A stretch of 64,000 nucleotides of DNA from the sequence record KY608965.1; one strand, written 5' to 3'. Position numbers and translations under genes: made by a program. Positions 38,270-52,455 of the stretch are shown piece after piece (positions within the stretch are counted from its first letter, which is position 1; the number at the start of each line of letters is the position of its first letter). This DNA comes from Escherichia phage phiEC1. Below the pieces are notes generated by a model. It was not told the origin of the DNA. It worked only from the letters and a program-made list of their open reading frames with translations, and searched no databases.

Positions 38270-39849
38270 GTAATAACAATACATACCAACACGTTTCAAA
38301 CGAATCCATTTACGTTGAATTCGACCCTACGGGGACGAATTTTCCAGATACAGTCACTAATGTCCAAGCCGCATTAGCTGCTATTTCTCCTTCAGGTGTT
38401 AATGGTGTACCGGAAGCAACAACTACTACACCAGGAATTATTCAAATAGCTACTCCACAAGAAGTTATTGATGGATTAGATAATAATAAAGCTGTTACTC
38501 CAGCATCACTGAATGCTCGTCTACAATATCCTAATGCAACCGAAACTCAATATGGCTTAACTCGTTATGCTACTGAAGATGAAGCAGTAACCGGAACTAT
38601 TGACGATGCATCAATTACTCCGCTTAAATTGAATCAAAAAATAGACAATGTATTTCAGACAAAAGTGTCAACAGAAGCAACAAATGGTGTAATTAAAATT
38701 TCAACTTCTGCTGCCGCATTAGCTGGTTCTGATGATACAACGGCAATGACTCCGTTAAAAACGCAACAATTAGCAATTAAACTTATTTCACAAATTGCTC
38801 CAAATAATAGTGACGCCACCGAATCTATTACAGGTGTTGTTCGTTTGGCTACAGTTGCTCAAGCACAACAAGGCACCCTGCGTGAAGGCTATGCAATTTC
38901 GCCTTATACCTTTATGAATTCAGTAGCATCAGAAACTAATAAAGGCGTCGTTAAACTAGGGACACAGACTGAAGTAAATAGTAACAACTCTTCAGTTGTA
39001 GTGACCGGCGCAACATTAAACGGGCGTGGGGCTACAACTTCTTTACGTGGAGTTGTTCGTTTAACTACACAAGCGGGTAGCCAATCAGGTGGTGATGGTT
39101 CTTCTGCTCTTGCTTGGAATGCTGATGTTATCCACCAACGAGGCGGACAAACTATTAATGGCACACTTCGCATTAATAATACGTTGACGGTTGGTTCTGG
39201 CGGCGCTAATATAACTGGTAATGTCAATATGACAGGTGGTTATATTCAAGGCAATCGTATTGTGACTCAAAATGAATTAGACCGAATTCTTCCAGTTGGC
39301 GCTATTACAATGTGGGCTGCAGATAGTTTACCGAGTTCCGACTGGCGCTTCTGTCACGGTGGGACTGTTTCTGCTTCAGAATGTCCAGTATATGCTTCCA
39401 GAATTGGGACACGATATGGTGGTAGTTCTTCTAACCCAGGCTTGCCTGATATGCGTGGATTATTTGTTCGTGGCTCAGGTCGTGGCTCTCACTTAACAAA
39501 TCCAAATGTTAATGGTAATGACCAGTTTGGTAAGCCTAGATTAGGTGTAGGTTGTACTGGTGGATATGTTGGTGAAGTACAGAAACAACAGATGTCTTAT
39601 CATAAACACGCTGGCGGATTTGGTGAGCATGATGATTCTGGAGCATTCGGTAATACCCGTAGATCAAATTTTGTTGGTACACGTAAAGGACTTGACTGGG
39701 ATAACCGTTCATACTTCACCAATGACGGATATGAAATTGACCCGGCATCACAACGAAATTCCAAATATACATTAAATCGTCCTGAATTAATTGGAAATGA
39801 AACACGCCCATGGAACATTTCTTTAAACTATATCATTAAGGTAAAATAA
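38266..39849 (+). CDS. 12: Short tail fiber protein gp12
   Basis: 527 aa, same length as T4 gp12. Confidence 0.85.
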   Translation: MSNNNTYQHVSNESIYVEFDPTGTNFPDTVTNVQAALAAISPSGVNGVPEATTTTPGIIQIATPQEVIDGLDNNKAVTPASLNARLQYPNATETQYGLTRYATEDEAVTGTIDDASITPLKLNQKIDNVFQTKVSTEATNGVIKISTSAAALAGSDDTTAMTPLKTQQLAIKLISQIAPNNSDATESITGVVRLATVAQAQQGTLREGYAISPYTFMNSVASETNKGVVKLGTQTEVNSNNSSVVVTGATLNGRGATTSLRGVVRLTTQAGSQSGGDGSSALAWNADVIHQRGGQTINGTLRINNTLTVGSGGANITGNVNMTGGYIQGNRIVTQNELDRILPVGAITMWAADSLPSSDWRFCHGGTVSASECPVYASRIGTRYGGSSSNPGLPDMRGLFVRGSGRGSHLTNPNVNGNDQFGKPRLGVGCTGGYVGEVQKQQMSYHKHAGGFGEHDDSGAFGNTRRSNFVGTRKGLDWDNRSYFTNDGYEIDPASQRNSKYTLNRPELIGNETRPWNISLNYIIKVK

Positions 39850-41297
39850 TGGCTGATATATCTCTGGTAGATTTACCATATGTTGACGGCCCGCCAGACG
39901 CGGGTCAGAGTCGTATTGAATGGATTAAAAACGATGAAGAAATAACAGGTGCCGACACAAAATACGGTTCTGAAGGTGTAATGAACCGTCCTATTGTTGA
40001 AGTTCAACGTAACGTAGAAGCGTTAGATGTTAATATTAAAACTATAGCATCTTCTTTGAATACGGCCAATGAAGATATCAAAGTTATTCAAGGTATTTTA
40101 GATGTTTCTGGGGATGTTGATGCTCTTGCACAGATAGGCCAGAACACCCAAGATATCGATGTCATTAAAGTCACAGTTCAAACTCATGCCAGTGAATTGA
40201 ATGATTTGAATGAACATATTGATGCGAATACTGATGATATTGGTGTTTATAATCAGGAAACAGATTCAGTTTATAGAACGGTTCGTAATGACCTGCTTTG
40301 GATTAAAAATGAATTAGGACAATATACTGGTCAAGATATTAATGGGGTTCCTACTCCAGGAAATGATAGCACTGGTATGAAACGCCGTATTATGACTAAT
40401 AGCTCCGTAATTGTTGACCACGGCGTTCGATTAACTGATTTAGAAACTAAATTTGCTGATTCTGACGTCGGCTCTTTAACTATTGAAGTCGAACGCTTAC
40501 GCGAAGAAATGGGACCTCGTACTTCTTTCACTACTCCAGTGTTTAGTCGTCTTTCCGGTATTGATTTAACCTTGTCGCGTCAAAATGCTGACTTGGACGG
40601 CATTAAACAGTCTATTGGATATCCTAATACGACTTCTATTATTACTACCACTAATGCAAATAGTTCAGCAATAAATGACATTAATCTTGAGCTCAATCAA
40701 TCAGGTGGTATTAAACCTCGTTTGACTACAGTAGAAACTGCCATTGGCGCTGATGATTTGCCTACTACAATCCAAGGTCGTATTAAACTCAATACTGATG
40801 CTATCGGAGCATTGAACACTGTTGTCGGCTCTGATTCTTCGTCAGGATTGCGTTTTAATGTGTCATGGTTAAATAACGTAGTTGGTGTTGACGCTTCAGG
40901 TGGGAAACCGGAACCAGCCGGCTCTTTGCTTTATCGTACTCGAGAGCTTGAAGGAACTATCAGTGGGATGAGTAATGACATTCAGAACATTCAAACTGAT
41001 GTTGGGACTACTACCACAGGAATTAAGGGTTCTGTAAACACATTAAATACTCTTATAAATGGCACCAACCCAAATGGTTCGACTGTTGAAGAACGCGGTA
41101 TATTGCCTACAGTTAAAAGTCATGATACGACAATTAATAGTTTAACTTCTAGAATTGCTACTCTTGAAACTGATTTGGCCGCTGCAGAAGCTGAAATCCA
41201 AACTCTTAAGGAAGCTGGATATATTGAAGATGCTCCTTCAGACGGTAAATTCTATGTTCGCAAAGATGGTGCATGGGTTGAACTTCCTACAGCTTAA
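39849..41297 (+). CDS. wac: Fibritin (whisker antigen control)
   Basis: 482 aa; N-terminus like T4 fibritin and C-terminal foldon GYIEDAPSDGKFYVRKDGAWVELP. Confidence 0.9.
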   Translation: MADISLVDLPYVDGPPDAGQSRIEWIKNDEEITGADTKYGSEGVMNRPIVEVQRNVEALDVNIKTIASSLNTANEDIKVIQGILDVSGDVDALAQIGQNTQDIDVIKVTVQTHASELNDLNEHIDANTDDIGVYNQETDSVYRTVRNDLLWIKNELGQYTGQDINGVPTPGNDSTGMKRRIMTNSSVIVDHGVRLTDLETKFADSDVGSLTIEVERLREEMGPRTSFTTPVFSRLSGIDLTLSRQNADLDGIKQSIGYPNTTSIITTTNANSSAINDINLELNQSGGIKPRLTTVETAIGADDLPTTIQGRIKLNTDAIGALNTVVGSDSSSGLRFNVSWLNNVVGVDASGGKPEPAGSLLYRTRELEGTISGMSNDIQNIQTDVGTTTTGIKGSVNTLNTLINGTNPNGSTVEERGILPTVKSHDTTINSLTSRIATLETDLAAAEAEIQTLKEAGYIEDAPSDGKFYVRKDGAWVELPTA

Positions 41298-41303
41298 TGA
41301 AAA

Positions 41304-41326
41304 GGGCCTTCGGGCCCTAAAGGATT
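41304..41326 (+). terminator. Hairpin / weak terminator after wac
   Basis: GGGCC-TTCG-GGCCC hairpin followed by TAAAGGATTT; T-run is weak. Confidence 0.35.
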
Positions 41327-41329
41327 TAT

Positions 41330-42256
41330 ATGTCAGGTTATAATGCACAAAACCCTAAAGAATTAAAGGACGTAATATTACGTCGTTTAGGCGCTCCTAT
41401 TGTAAATGTTGAATTAACTACAGACCAAATTTATGATTGTATTTCACGAGCGTTAGAACTTTATGGCGAATACCATTTTGACGGGTTGAATAAAGGTTTC
41501 CATGTATTTTTTGTTGATGACGAAGAAAAATACCGTCACGGCGTATTTGATATGCGTGGTTCTAACGTATTTGCTGTAACAAGAATTATAAGAACAAATG
41601 TTGGCTCTATTACTTCAATGGATGGTAATGCAACTTATCCATGGTTCACTGATTTCCTTTTAGGAATGGCAGGTGTTTCAGGTGGTATGGGTAGTAATTG
41701 TGGTAAATTCTACGGCCCTAACGCTTTTGGCGCTGATCTCGGGTATTATTCTCAATTAGTATCTTATATGGGTATGCTTCAAGATATGATTGCTCCTCTT
41801 CCAGATTTTTGGTTTAACTCTGCAAACGAGCAATTAAAAGTAATGGGTAACTTTAGACAAAAAGACGTCATTATCGTTGAATCGTATGTTCGCTCTTATA
41901 TCGAGACCCATAAGATGGTAGGAAATACAGTAGGGTATGGTCAGGTCGGTCCTCGTGATTCATGGTCTATTTCTGAACGTTATGACAACCCAGACCATAA
42001 TTTGGTCGGACGACGAGTCGGTGAAGATCCTGCAACCAAACAAGGCGCATATAACAACCGTTGGGTTAAAGATTATGCGACTGCATTAGCTAAAGAGCTT
42101 AATGGACAAATTCTTGCTAAACATCAAGGTATGATGTTACCTGGTGGTGTCACTGTTGACGGTGTTCGATTAATTGAAGAGGCTCGTTTAGAAAAAGAAG
42201 CTTTACGAGAAGAGTTATATTTACTGGACCCTCCTGCAGGTATTTTGGTAGGTTAA
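41330..42256 (+). CDS. 13: Neck protein gp13
   Basis: 308 aa; colinear with T4 gene 13. Confidence 0.8.
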   Translation: MSGYNAQNPKELKDVILRRLGAPIVNVELTTDQIYDCISRALELYGEYHFDGLNKGFHVFFVDDEEKYRHGVFDMRGSNVFAVTRIIRTNVGSITSMDGNATYPWFTDFLLGMAGVSGGMGSNCGKFYGPNAFGADLGYYSQLVSYMGMLQDMIAPLPDFWFNSANEQLKVMGNFRQKDVIIVESYVRSYIETHKMVGNTVGYGQVGPRDSWSISERYDNPDHNLVGRRVGEDPATKQGAYNNRWVKDYATALAKELNGQILAKHQGMMLPGGVTVDGVRLIEEARLEKEALREELYLLDPPAGILVG

Positions 42257-42257
42257 T

Positions 42258-42893
42258 ATGGCGACATACTACAGATTGTATATTACAACATTTGAAACAT
42301 CCACTGGTATAAAGATTTATGGTGGTAAACACAAATCAGTTTACGAAGACCCTTCAAAAGACCCTTATACTGGGTCTGGTACCTTTATACGAAGGGCCAA
42401 AAGAAAATACGGTCCGTCTTGTATAAAAGAAATTATATGGTCTAAGCCATTTGAATCTAAAGCTCTAATGGATGAAGCTGAAGAGTTACTGGTAGATGAA
42501 TTATCCATTTTAGAAAATTGCGCAAATCTTGTTAAAGGTGGTGCAGGCGGAAGGTCGTATATTAACCCAGAAGATAATCCATCTATAGGACAAAAACGTT
42601 CAGCCCAATCTAAAAAGAAAATGTCTGACGCCGCAAAATCAAGAAAATGGACTGAAGAAGGGTTAAGAAAACGTAAAGAATCTACAGCAAGAATGTGGAA
42701 AGATTTCAAACATAGACATCCTGATTTTTCTGGTTCAAAAAATCCAGCAGCTCGAAAAGTTAGTGTAAATGGTAAAATATTTAACACCTGCAAAGAATGT
42801 GGTGAAGAATTTAATATCACATCAAGCGCGGTTATAGGCCGATGCAAAAACAACAAACCTAAATGGGCAGGATGGAATTATGTCGACGTATAA
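42258..42893 (+). CDS. GIY-YIG homing endonuclease (Seg / I-TevI-like)
   Basis: 211 aa; N-terminal YRLYI-(x12)-KIYGG GIY-YIG-like motif; basic linker; C-terminal [39 protein letters not shown] resembles the I-TevI DNA-binding tail. Confidence 0.75.
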   Translation: MATYYRLYITTFETSTGIKIYGGKHKSVYEDPSKDPYTGSGTFIRRAKRKYGPSCIKEIIWSKPFESKALMDEAEELLVDELSILENCANLVKGGAGGRSYINPEDNPSIGQKRSAQSKKKMSDAAKSRKWTEEGLRKRKESTARMWKDFKHRHPDFSGSKNPAARKVSVNGKIFNTCKECGEEFNITSSAVIGRCKNNKPKWAGWNYVDV

Positions 42894-43644
42894 TTCAAAT
42901 TTATTTGCAAAGTTAGAAACCCGAGAAGGCTATTCTAAAACTAATGAAACCGAGATTTTAAACAAATACGTGAACTTCAACAAATACGAAAATAGTCAAA
43001 CCCTAGCTGATGTGTTAGTAGCAGAAAGCATACAGATGCGCGGTATTGAGTGTTTTTATGTTCCACGTGAATATGTTGCCGTGGACCTTATCTTTGGTGA
43101 GGACCTTAAAAATAAATTTACTAAAGCATGGAAATTTGCTGCATATCTGAACTCTTTTGAAGGTTATGAAGGAGCGAAATCGTTCTTCAGCAACTTCGGA
43201 ATGCAAGTTCAAGACGAAGTTACATTATCTATTAACCCAGGTCTTTTCAAACACCAGGTCAACAATCAGGAGCCCAAGGAAGGTGATTTAATATACTTCC
43301 CAATGGACAACAGTTTGTTTGAGATTAACTGGGTTGAACCATATGACCCATTCTATCAAGTAGGTAAAAATGCGATTCGTAAAATTACTGCAGGCAAGTT
43401 TATTTACTCTGGCGAAGAAATCAATCCGGTGCTTCAGAAAAACGAAGGTATCAATATACCTGAATTTAGTGACTTGGAACTTAACCCTGTTAGAAATCTT
43501 GACGGTATCCATGACATTAATATCGATGAATATTCTGAAGTTGAGCAAATCAATTCAGAGGCAAGTGAATACGTTGAGCCGTATGTAGTAGTTAACAACC
43601 GTGGTAGACAAAATTCACCATTTGACGATGGGTTTATGAATTAA
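42880..43644 (+). CDS. 14: Neck protein gp14
   Basis: 254 aa; start lies within the last 14 nt of the endonuclease ORF. Confidence 0.8.
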   Translation: MSTYNSNLFAKLETREGYSKTNETEILNKYVNFNKYENSQTLADVLVAESIQMRGIECFYVPREYVAVDLIFGEDLKNKFTKAWKFAAYLNSFEGYEGAKSFFSNFGMQVQDEVTLSINPGLFKHQVNNQEPKEGDLIYFPMDNSLFEINWVEPYDPFYQVGKNAIRKITAGKFIYSGEEINPVLQKNEGINIPEFSDLELNPVRNLDGIHDINIDEYSEVEQINSEASEYVEPYVVVNNRGRQNSPFDDGFMN

Positions 43645-43693
43645 TAAATAGATAAGATAAAGCAAACACCGGTCGAAAGGCCGGTTAGGAGAA

Positions 43694-44518
43694 ATGATGT
43701 TTGGTTATTTTTACAACTCGTCGTTCAGGCGATATATCACAATGATGGGCGATTTGTTTTCAAATATCCAAGTTAACCGTCAATTGTCTACAGGCAATAA
43801 ATTAATTAGAGTTCCTATTACGTATGCATCTAAAGAGCACTTTATGATGAAACTTAATAAATGGACCTCTATAAACTCACAAGAAGATGTGGCTAAAGTC
43901 GAAACTATTCTACCACGTATAAATCTCCAAATGGTAGATTTCGTTTATAACCCAACGTTTAAAACGAATATATTGAATAACTCTCTTTTGAGTAAATCGA
44001 CTAAGGATATTGTAGACCAATACAACCCATCACCAATTAAAATGATTTTTGAACTGAGCATCTTTACTCGTTATGAAGATGATATGTTCCAAATCGTTGA
44101 GCAAATTATTCCATATTTTCAGCCGCATTTTAATACGACTATGATTGAGCAATATGGGCAGGATATTCCATTTGAAAGGGATATTAAAGTCGTATGGATG
44201 GCAGCAGCAATGGATGAACAAATAGACGGTGATAATTTATCCCGTCGACGTTTAGAGTGGTCATTAACATTTGAAGTAAATGGATGGATGTATCCTCCGG
44301 TAGGCGCAGCTGAAGGCCTTATTAAAACGACTTATCTTGATTTTCATGCTAATGAACGAGACCTTCAAACAGCCGCCAGCGTTTTTGAATCAGTTGATAC
44401 AGAAATTAAACCGAGAGACGTTGAAGCACAAGATTGGAATGGTGAAGTTGAACAAACTTATACTCATGATATTCCAATCCCGACTCCACCAACCCCTCCT
44501 GGTCCTAGAAAACAATAA
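43694..44518 (+). CDS. 15: Tail sheath stabilizer / completion protein gp15
   Basis: about 272-274 aa; colinear with T4 gene 15. Confidence 0.8.
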   Translation: MMFGYFYNSSFRRYITMMGDLFSNIQVNRQLSTGNKLIRVPITYASKEHFMMKLNKWTSINSQEDVAKVETILPRINLQMVDFVYNPTFKTNILNNSLLSKSTKDIVDQYNPSPIKMIFELSIFTRYEDDMFQIVEQIIPYFQPHFNTTMIEQYGQDIPFERDIKVVWMAAAMDEQIDGDNLSRRRLEWSLTFEVNGWMYPPVGAAEGLIKTTYLDFHANERDLQTAASVFESVDTEIKPRDVEAQDWNGEVEQTYTHDIPIPTPPTPPGPRKQ

Positions 44519-46841
<2,323 letters not shown>

Positions 46842-46871
46842 ATAAAATAAAGCAAATTAAGAGGAATTAAA

Positions 46872-48854
46872 ATGTCACTTCTCTCTCCGGGCGTTGAGCT
46901 CAAAGAAACTACCGTACAGAGTACTGTAGTTAATAACTCCACTGGTACTGCTGCCTTGGCTGGAAAATTCCAATGGGGACCTGCATTCCAGATTAAACAA
47001 ATCACTGATGAAGTTGCATTGGTTGATATGTTTGGTACTCCTAATACGGATACAGCAGATTATTTCATGTCTGCTATGAACTTCCTTCAATATGGTAATG
47101 ACCTTCGTGTTGTACGCGCAGTTGACCGTGATACTGCTAAGAACTCATCTCCTGTAGCAGGCAATATTGAATTCACAATCTCTGCTGCTGGTAGTAACTA
47201 TGCAGTTGGTGATAAAATTATCGTTAAGTATTTGACCGAAACTGTTGAAGCAGATGGTTATGTCACTTCAGTTGATGTCGATGGTAAAATTCTTAACATT
47301 TATATCCCAACCGGTAAAATTATTGCTCGTGCAAAAGAAATTAATGAATATCCGGCATTGGGTTCTAACTGGACCGCCGAAGTTGCCAGTTCTTCTTCTG
47401 GACTCTCTGGCGTTATTACAATTGGTTCTATCGTAACCGATTCGGGTATTCTGTTAACTGAAGTTGAAACTTCTGAAGAAGCTATTACTTCTCTAACTTT
47501 CCAAGAATCTATTAAAAAATATGGTGTCCCAGGCGTAGTTGCTCTTTATCCTGGTGAACTTGGCGACCAGCTCGAAATTGAAATCGTATCTAAAGCAGAC
47601 TACGACAAAGGTGCTTCAGCCCAGTTAAAAATTTATCCTGATGGTGGTACTCGCGCATCTACTGCTAAAGCAATCTTTGGGTATGGCCCACAAACTGATG
47701 ACCAATATGCAATTATCGTTCGTCGTAACGATGCTGTAGTCCAGAGTGTAGTTCTTTCTACTAAACGCGGTGAACGCGATATTTATGGTAGTAATATCTT
47801 TATTGATGATTTCTTTGCTAAAGGCGCAAGCAATTATATTTTCGCTACAGCACAAGGTTGGCCAAAAGGTTTCTCTGGCGTAATCAAACTTGGCGGTGGC
47901 TTATCATCTAATGAAACGGTTGACGCTGGCGATTTAATGGAAGCTTGGGATTTGTTTGCTGACCGCGAATCTGTTAATGCGCAGTTGTTTATTGCAGGTT
48001 CTTGTGCAGGTGAATCTTTAGAAGTTGCTTCTACAGTTCAGAAACATGTTGTAGCAATTGGTGATTCTCGCCAAGATTGCTTGGTTCTTTGCTCACCGCC
48101 ACGTGCAACTATAGTCGGTATTCCTGTTAATCGTGCAGTTGATAATCTGGTTGATTGGCGTACTGCGTCAGGAACTTACACTGATAATAACTTTAATGTA
48201 AGTTCTACTTATGCCGCTATTGACGGTAACTATAAATATCAATATGATAAATATAATGATGTGAATCGTTGGGTTCCATTAGCTGCTGATATTGCTGGTC
48301 TTTGTGCTCGCACAGACAATATTTCTCAGCCTTGGATGTCTCCTGCCGGTTATAACCGTGGACAAATTCTTAACGTTATTAAGCTTGCGATTGAAACTCG
48401 CCAAGCACAACGTGATCGTTTGTATCAGGAAGCTATTAACCCTGTTACTGGTACCGGTGGTGATGGGTATGTTCTGTACGGTGATAAAACTGCCACTTCC
48501 GTTCCTTCACCATTTGACCGTATTAACGTTCGTCGTTTGTTCAATATGGTTAAAACGAACATTGGTTCAGCATCTAAATATCGCCTGTTTGAATTGAACA
48601 ACGCATTTACCCGTTCTTCTTTCCGTACAGAGACTTCTCAATATCTACAGGGTATTAAAGCTCTCGGTGGTGTATATAACTTTAAAGTTGTTTGTGATAC
48701 TACCAATAATACCCCAGCAGTTATCGACCGTAATGAATTTGTAGCTACTTTCTACTTACAACCTGCCCGCTCGATAAATTATATTACGTTGAACTTTGTA
48801 GCAACAGCAACTGGTGCCGATTTCGACGAACTGATTGGTGCTGTAGGTGGTTAA
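46872..48854 (+). CDS. 18: Tail sheath protein gp18
   Basis: 660 aa; MSLLSPGVELKETTVQ N-terminus typical of T4-type sheath. Confidence 0.9.
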   Translation: MSLLSPGVELKETTVQSTVVNNSTGTAALAGKFQWGPAFQIKQITDEVALVDMFGTPNTDTADYFMSAMNFLQYGNDLRVVRAVDRDTAKNSSPVAGNIEFTISAAGSNYAVGDKIIVKYLTETVEADGYVTSVDVDGKILNIYIPTGKIIARAKEINEYPALGSNWTAEVASSSSGLSGVITIGSIVTDSGILLTEVETSEEAITSLTFQESIKKYGVPGVVALYPGELGDQLEIEIVSKADYDKGASAQLKIYPDGGTRASTAKAIFGYGPQTDDQYAIIVRRNDAVVQSVVLSTKRGERDIYGSNIFIDDFFAKGASNYIFATAQGWPKGFSGVIKLGGGLSSNETVDAGDLMEAWDLFADRESVNAQLFIAGSCAGESLEVASTVQKHVVAIGDSRQDCLVLCSPPRATIVGIPVNRAVDNLVDWRTASGTYTDNNFNVSSTYAAIDGNYKYQYDKYNDVNRWVPLAADIAGLCARTDNISQPWMSPAGYNRGQILNVIKLAIETRQAQRDRLYQEAINPVTGTGGDGYVLYGDKTATSVPSPFDRINVRRLFNMVKTNIGSASKYRLFELNNAFTRSSFRTETSQYLQGIKALGGVYNFKVVCDTTNNTPAVIDRNEFVATFYLQPARSINYITLNFVATATGADFDELIGAVGG

Positions 48855-48886
48855 TAAGACGCCTGATGGGCTATTTCGGTAGCCCA

Positions 48887-48894
48887 TATAAATA
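48887..48894 (+). promoter_or_regulatory. T4-type late promoter TATAAATA for gene 19
   Basis: TATAAATA immediately after the TGGGCTA-TTTCGG-TAGCCCA hairpin, 73 nt upstream of gene 19. Confidence 0.5.
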
Positions 48895-48966
48895 TACTAT
48901 ATCGTTTAAAAATTAATTCTATGGGCGTCTGGTTAATCCTAAGCCCATATTACTACAGAGGCTAAT

Positions 48967-49458
48967 ATGTTTGTAGATGACGTAACTCGCGCCTTCGAAT
49001 CTGGTGATTTCGCTCGCCCTAACCTGTTCGAAGTAGAAATCTCTTATCTTGGGCAAAACTTTAGCTTCCAGTGTCGTGCTACGGCTCTTCCTGCTGCAAT
49101 CGTTGAAAAGGTTCCTGTTTCTTATATGAACCGTAAAATTAACGTGGCCGGTGATCGTACATTCGATGATTGGACTATTACAGTAATGAACGATGATGCT
49201 CATAGCATTCGTCAGAAATTTGTTGATTGGCAAGGTATTGCAGCAGGACAAGGTAATGAAATTACCGGTGGTAAACCTGCTGAATATAAAAAGACTGCTA
49301 TCGTTCGTCAATTTGCTCGTGATGCTAAAACGGTCACTAAAGAAGTTGAAATTGTCGGCTTGTGGCCTACTAACGTTGGTGAAGTATCTCTTGATTGGGA
49401 TTCGAATAACGAGATTGAAACGTTCGAAGTAACTCTTGCTCTTGATTGGTGGGAATAA
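48967..49458 (+). CDS. 19: Tail tube protein gp19
   Basis: 163 aa, same length as T4 gp19. Confidence 0.85.
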   Translation: MFVDDVTRAFESGDFARPNLFEVEISYLGQNFSFQCRATALPAAIVEKVPVSYMNRKINVAGDRTFDDWTITVMNDDAHSIRQKFVDWQGIAAGQGNEITGGKPAEYKKTAIVRQFARDAKTVTKEVEIVGLWPTNVGEVSLDWDSNNEIETFEVTLALDWWE

Positions 49459-49506
49459 TCCGGTTGGGGAGAAATCCCCAGCTTCCCGTGATGACGGAGA
49501 AGTCCA

Positions 49507-49514
49507 TATAAATA
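49507..49514 (+). promoter_or_regulatory. T4-type late promoter TATAAATA for gene 20
   Basis: TATAAATA 29 nt upstream of the gene 20 ATG. Confidence 0.55.
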
Positions 49515-49542
49515 TAACTATAATTCCCATTTGGAGAATACA

Positions 49543-51114
49543 ATGAAATTTAATATCTTAAGTTTGTTTGCTCCATGGGCAAAAATGGACGAACGTGATT
49601 ACAAAGACCAAGAAAAAGAAAATTTAGAATCTATCACCACACCAAAATTAGACGATGGCGCTAAAGAATACGAAGTATCTGAAAATGAAGCACAGCAAAC
49701 ATATAATGCTATGTTTCAGAGAATGTTCGGTAGTCAAGAACCAGGGCTCAAATCAACCCGTGAATTAATCGATACGTATCGAAATTTGATGACGAACTAT
49801 GAAGTGGATAACGCGGTCTCTGAAATAGTTTCTGATGCTATCGTATATGAAGATGATACAGAAGTCGTTTCTATAAATTTAGACAACACAAAATTTAGTC
49901 CAAATATAAAATCAATGATGTTGGATGAATTTAACGAAGTGTTGAATCATTTATCTTTCCAACGTAAAGGTTCAGACCATTTTAGGCGTTGGTATGTAGA
50001 TTCTCGAATTTTCTTCCATAAAATTATTGACCCTAAACGCCCTAAAGAAGGTATTAAAGAGCTTCGTCGTTTAGACCCACGCCAAGTTCAATATGTCCGT
50101 GAAGTTATTACAACCACTGAAGCCGGTGTTAAAATAGTCAAGGGTTATAAAGAATATTTCATTTATGACACATCACACGAATCTTATGCTTGTGATGGTC
50201 GCATATATGAAGCTGGCACAAAAATAAAAATCCCTAAAGCCGCGATTGTTTATGCCCATTCTGGTTTAGTTGATTGTTGTGGTAAAAATATCATCGGTTA
50301 TTTGCATCGGGCTATTAAGCCGGCGAACCAATTAAAACTTCTTGAAGATGCCGTCGTAATTTATCGTATTACTCGTGCTCCCGATCGTCGTGTATGGTAC
50401 GTTGATACAGGTAATATGCCTTCAAGAAAAGCAGCAGAACATATGCAACATGTTATGAATACGATGAAAAACCGTATTGCATATGATGCTACTACAGGCA
50501 AGATTAAAAACCAGCAGCATATTATGTCGATGACCGAAGATTATTGGTTACAACGACGTGATGGTAAAGCAGTAACAGAAGTTGACACATTACCAGGTGC
50601 AGATAATACTGGAAATATGGAAGATGTACGTTGGTTCCGTAATGCGCTTTATATGGCTTTACGTATTCCTATTACCCGTATTCCAAGTGACCAAGGTGGT
50701 ATACAGTTTGATGCTGGTACTTCTATTACACGAGATGAATTATCATTTGGTAAATTTATTCGTGAGCTGCAACATAAATTTGAAGAGATATTCCTAGACC
50801 CGCTTAAAACTAATTTAATTCTTAAAGGAATTATTACAGAAGATGAGTGGAATGATGAAATAAATAATATTAAGATAAAATTTCATCGGGATAGTTATTT
50901 CTCGGAATTAAAGGATGCTGAGATTCTGGAGCGTCGAATTAATATGCTTCAGATGGCCGAACCATTTATTGGTAAATATATTTCTCACAGAACAGCTATG
51001 AAAGATATTCTTCAGATGTCTGACGAGGAAATTGAACAAGAGGCTAAGCAAATTGAAGAAGAGTCGAAAGAGGCTCGTTTCCAAGACCCCGACCAAGAAC
51101 AAGAGGATTTTTAA
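49543..51114 (+). CDS. 20: Portal vertex protein gp20
   Basis: Start at ATG 49543 ([18 protein letters not shown]) rather than the TTG at 49531; about 523 aa. Confidence 0.9.
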   Translation: MKFNILSLFAPWAKMDERDYKDQEKENLESITTPKLDDGAKEYEVSENEAQQTYNAMFQRMFGSQEPGLKSTRELIDTYRNLMTNYEVDNAVSEIVSDAIVYEDDTEVVSINLDNTKFSPNIKSMMLDEFNEVLNHLSFQRKGSDHFRRWYVDSRIFFHKIIDPKRPKEGIKELRRLDPRQVQYVREVITTTEAGVKIVKGYKEYFIYDTSHESYACDGRIYEAGTKIKIPKAAIVYAHSGLVDCCGKNIIGYLHRAIKPANQLKLLEDAVVIYRITRAPDRRVWYVDTGNMPSRKAAEHMQHVMNTMKNRIAYDATTGKIKNQQHIMSMTEDYWLQRRDGKAVTEVDTLPGADNTGNMEDVRWFRNALYMALRIPITRIPSDQGGIQFDAGTSITRDELSFGKFIRELQHKFEEIFLDPLKTNLILKGIITEDEWNDEINNIKIKFHRDSYFSELKDAEILERRINMLQMAEPFIGKYISHRTAMKDILQMSDEEIEQEAKQIEEESKEARFQDPDQEQEDF

Positions 51115-51350
51115 TGGACGATTTAATTCAAGCTATTAAATCAAACGACCTCGTTGCTACTCGAAAGTTTTTTGAAAGTGCAATGGCAGAAAAAGCGGTT
51201 CGTTTGATTGAAGCGCGTAAAGCAGAAATCGCTTCTCAATTTTTGATTGAAGGCGAAGAACCTGAAGAAGAAAAGAAAGCTAAAGCTTCGGAAGACGACG
51301 CTGATGAAGGCGATGACGACGAAGACGAAGATGATGAGGACGATGAATAA
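51114..51350 (+). CDS. 67: Prohead core protein gp67
   Basis: 78 aa with acidic C-terminus [11 protein letters not shown]; position 20-67-68-21 as in T4. Confidence 0.7.
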   Translation: MDDLIQAIKSNDLVATRKFFESAMAEKAVRLIEARKAEIASQFLIEGEEPEEEKKAKASEDDADEGDDDEDEDDEDDE

Positions 51351-51775
51351 TGTATCTTATCCCTGAATCTTATGAATTGGTACTCGAAAATGTCGAAGCA
51401 CTTATTCCTGAAGCACAGGGCCGAATCGATGCATTGTCTTCTGCTCTCGATATTGACGATATAAATACTATTATCGAGAACATGCTTGAAACTGAAACGG
51501 ATTTAGCTGTTGCAATGGCTTCCATTATTAATGAAGAACAGTTAAATGAGTTTATCGTTAAACATGTTTCTTCTCGTGGTGAAGTCACCCGCACTAAAGA
51601 CCGTAAAACTCGTGAACGTAACGCGTTCCAAACCACTGGTCTTTCTAAAGCAAAACGTAGACAAATCGCTCGTAAGGTCGTTAAAGCTAAAAAAGCTAAC
51701 CCTTCAGGCCAAGTTAAAGGCTTGCGTAAGCGTAAAAAGGCTCTTAAACGTCGTAAAGCATTAGGATTAAGCTAA
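51350..51775 (+). CDS. 68: Prohead core protein gp68
   Basis: 141 aa, same length as T4 gp68; basic C-terminus. Confidence 0.7.
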   Translation: MYLIPESYELVLENVEALIPEAQGRIDALSSALDIDDINTIIENMLETETDLAVAMASIINEEQLNEFIVKHVSSRGEVTRTKDRKTRERNAFQTTGLSKAKRRQIARKVVKAKKANPSGQVKGLRKRKKALKRRKALGLS

Positions 51776-52422
51776 TGAATAAACCCGAGTTACTTATTGA
51801 AACTTGGGGTCAACCCGGTGAGATTATTGATGGCGTTCCAATGTTGGAATCTCATGATGGAAAAGATTCTGGCTTAAAACCAGGGCTTTATATAGAAGGT
51901 ATTTTTCTTCAGGCAGAGGTTGTTAACCGAAATAAACGTTTATATCCTAAACGCGTTTTGGAAAAAGCAGTAAGTGACTATATTAAAGAACAAGTCGCAA
52001 CCAAACAAGCCCTTGGAGAATTAAACCATCCACCTCGTGCAAATGTTGACCCTATGCAAGCCGCTATCATTATTGAAGATATGTGGTGGAAAGGAAACGA
52101 TGTATATGGACGTGCTAGAATTATTGAAGGCGACCATGGTCCCGGCGATAAATTAGCTGCTAATATACGAGCTGGTTGGATTCCGGGTGTTTCCTCTCGT
52201 GGTCTTGGTTCTTTAACCGACACCAATAAAGGGTACCGTATCGTGAACGAAGGATTTAAATTAACCGTCGGCGTAGATGCCGTATGGGGACCTTCTGCTC
52301 CAGATGCTTGGGTTACTCCTAAACAAATATCAGAATCAGAATCAGAAAATTCGGTGGAAATCACCAAAAACAGTGCTGACGAAGCATTTAAAGCTCTCGC
52401 AGAGAGTTTAAAAGCATTATAA
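51775..52422 (+). CDS. 21: Prohead core protease gp21
   Basis: 215 aa; colinear with T4 gene 21. Confidence 0.85.
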   Translation: MNKPELLIETWGQPGEIIDGVPMLESHDGKDSGLKPGLYIEGIFLQAEVVNRNKRLYPKRVLEKAVSDYIKEQVATKQALGELNHPPRANVDPMQAAIIIEDMWWKGNDVYGRARIIEGDHGPGDKLAANIRAGWIPGVSSRGLGSLTDTNKGYRIVNEGFKLTVGVDAVWGPSAPDAWVTPKQISESESENSVEITKNSADEAFKALAESLKAL

Positions 52423-52425
52423 ATA
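52418..52425 (+). promoter_or_regulatory. T4-type late promoter TATAAATA for gene 22
   Basis: TATAAATA overlapping the gene 21 stop, 31 nt upstream of gene 22. Confidence 0.5.
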
Positions 52426-52455
52426 ATAATGTAATCTAAACCACAGGACACTAAA

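Noticed and set aside
49531-49542. TTG-initiated N-terminal extension of gene 20 (MENT...)
   Set aside because: The GGAG Shine-Dalgarno is positioned for the ATG at 49543, and T4 gp20 begins MKFN as I recall.
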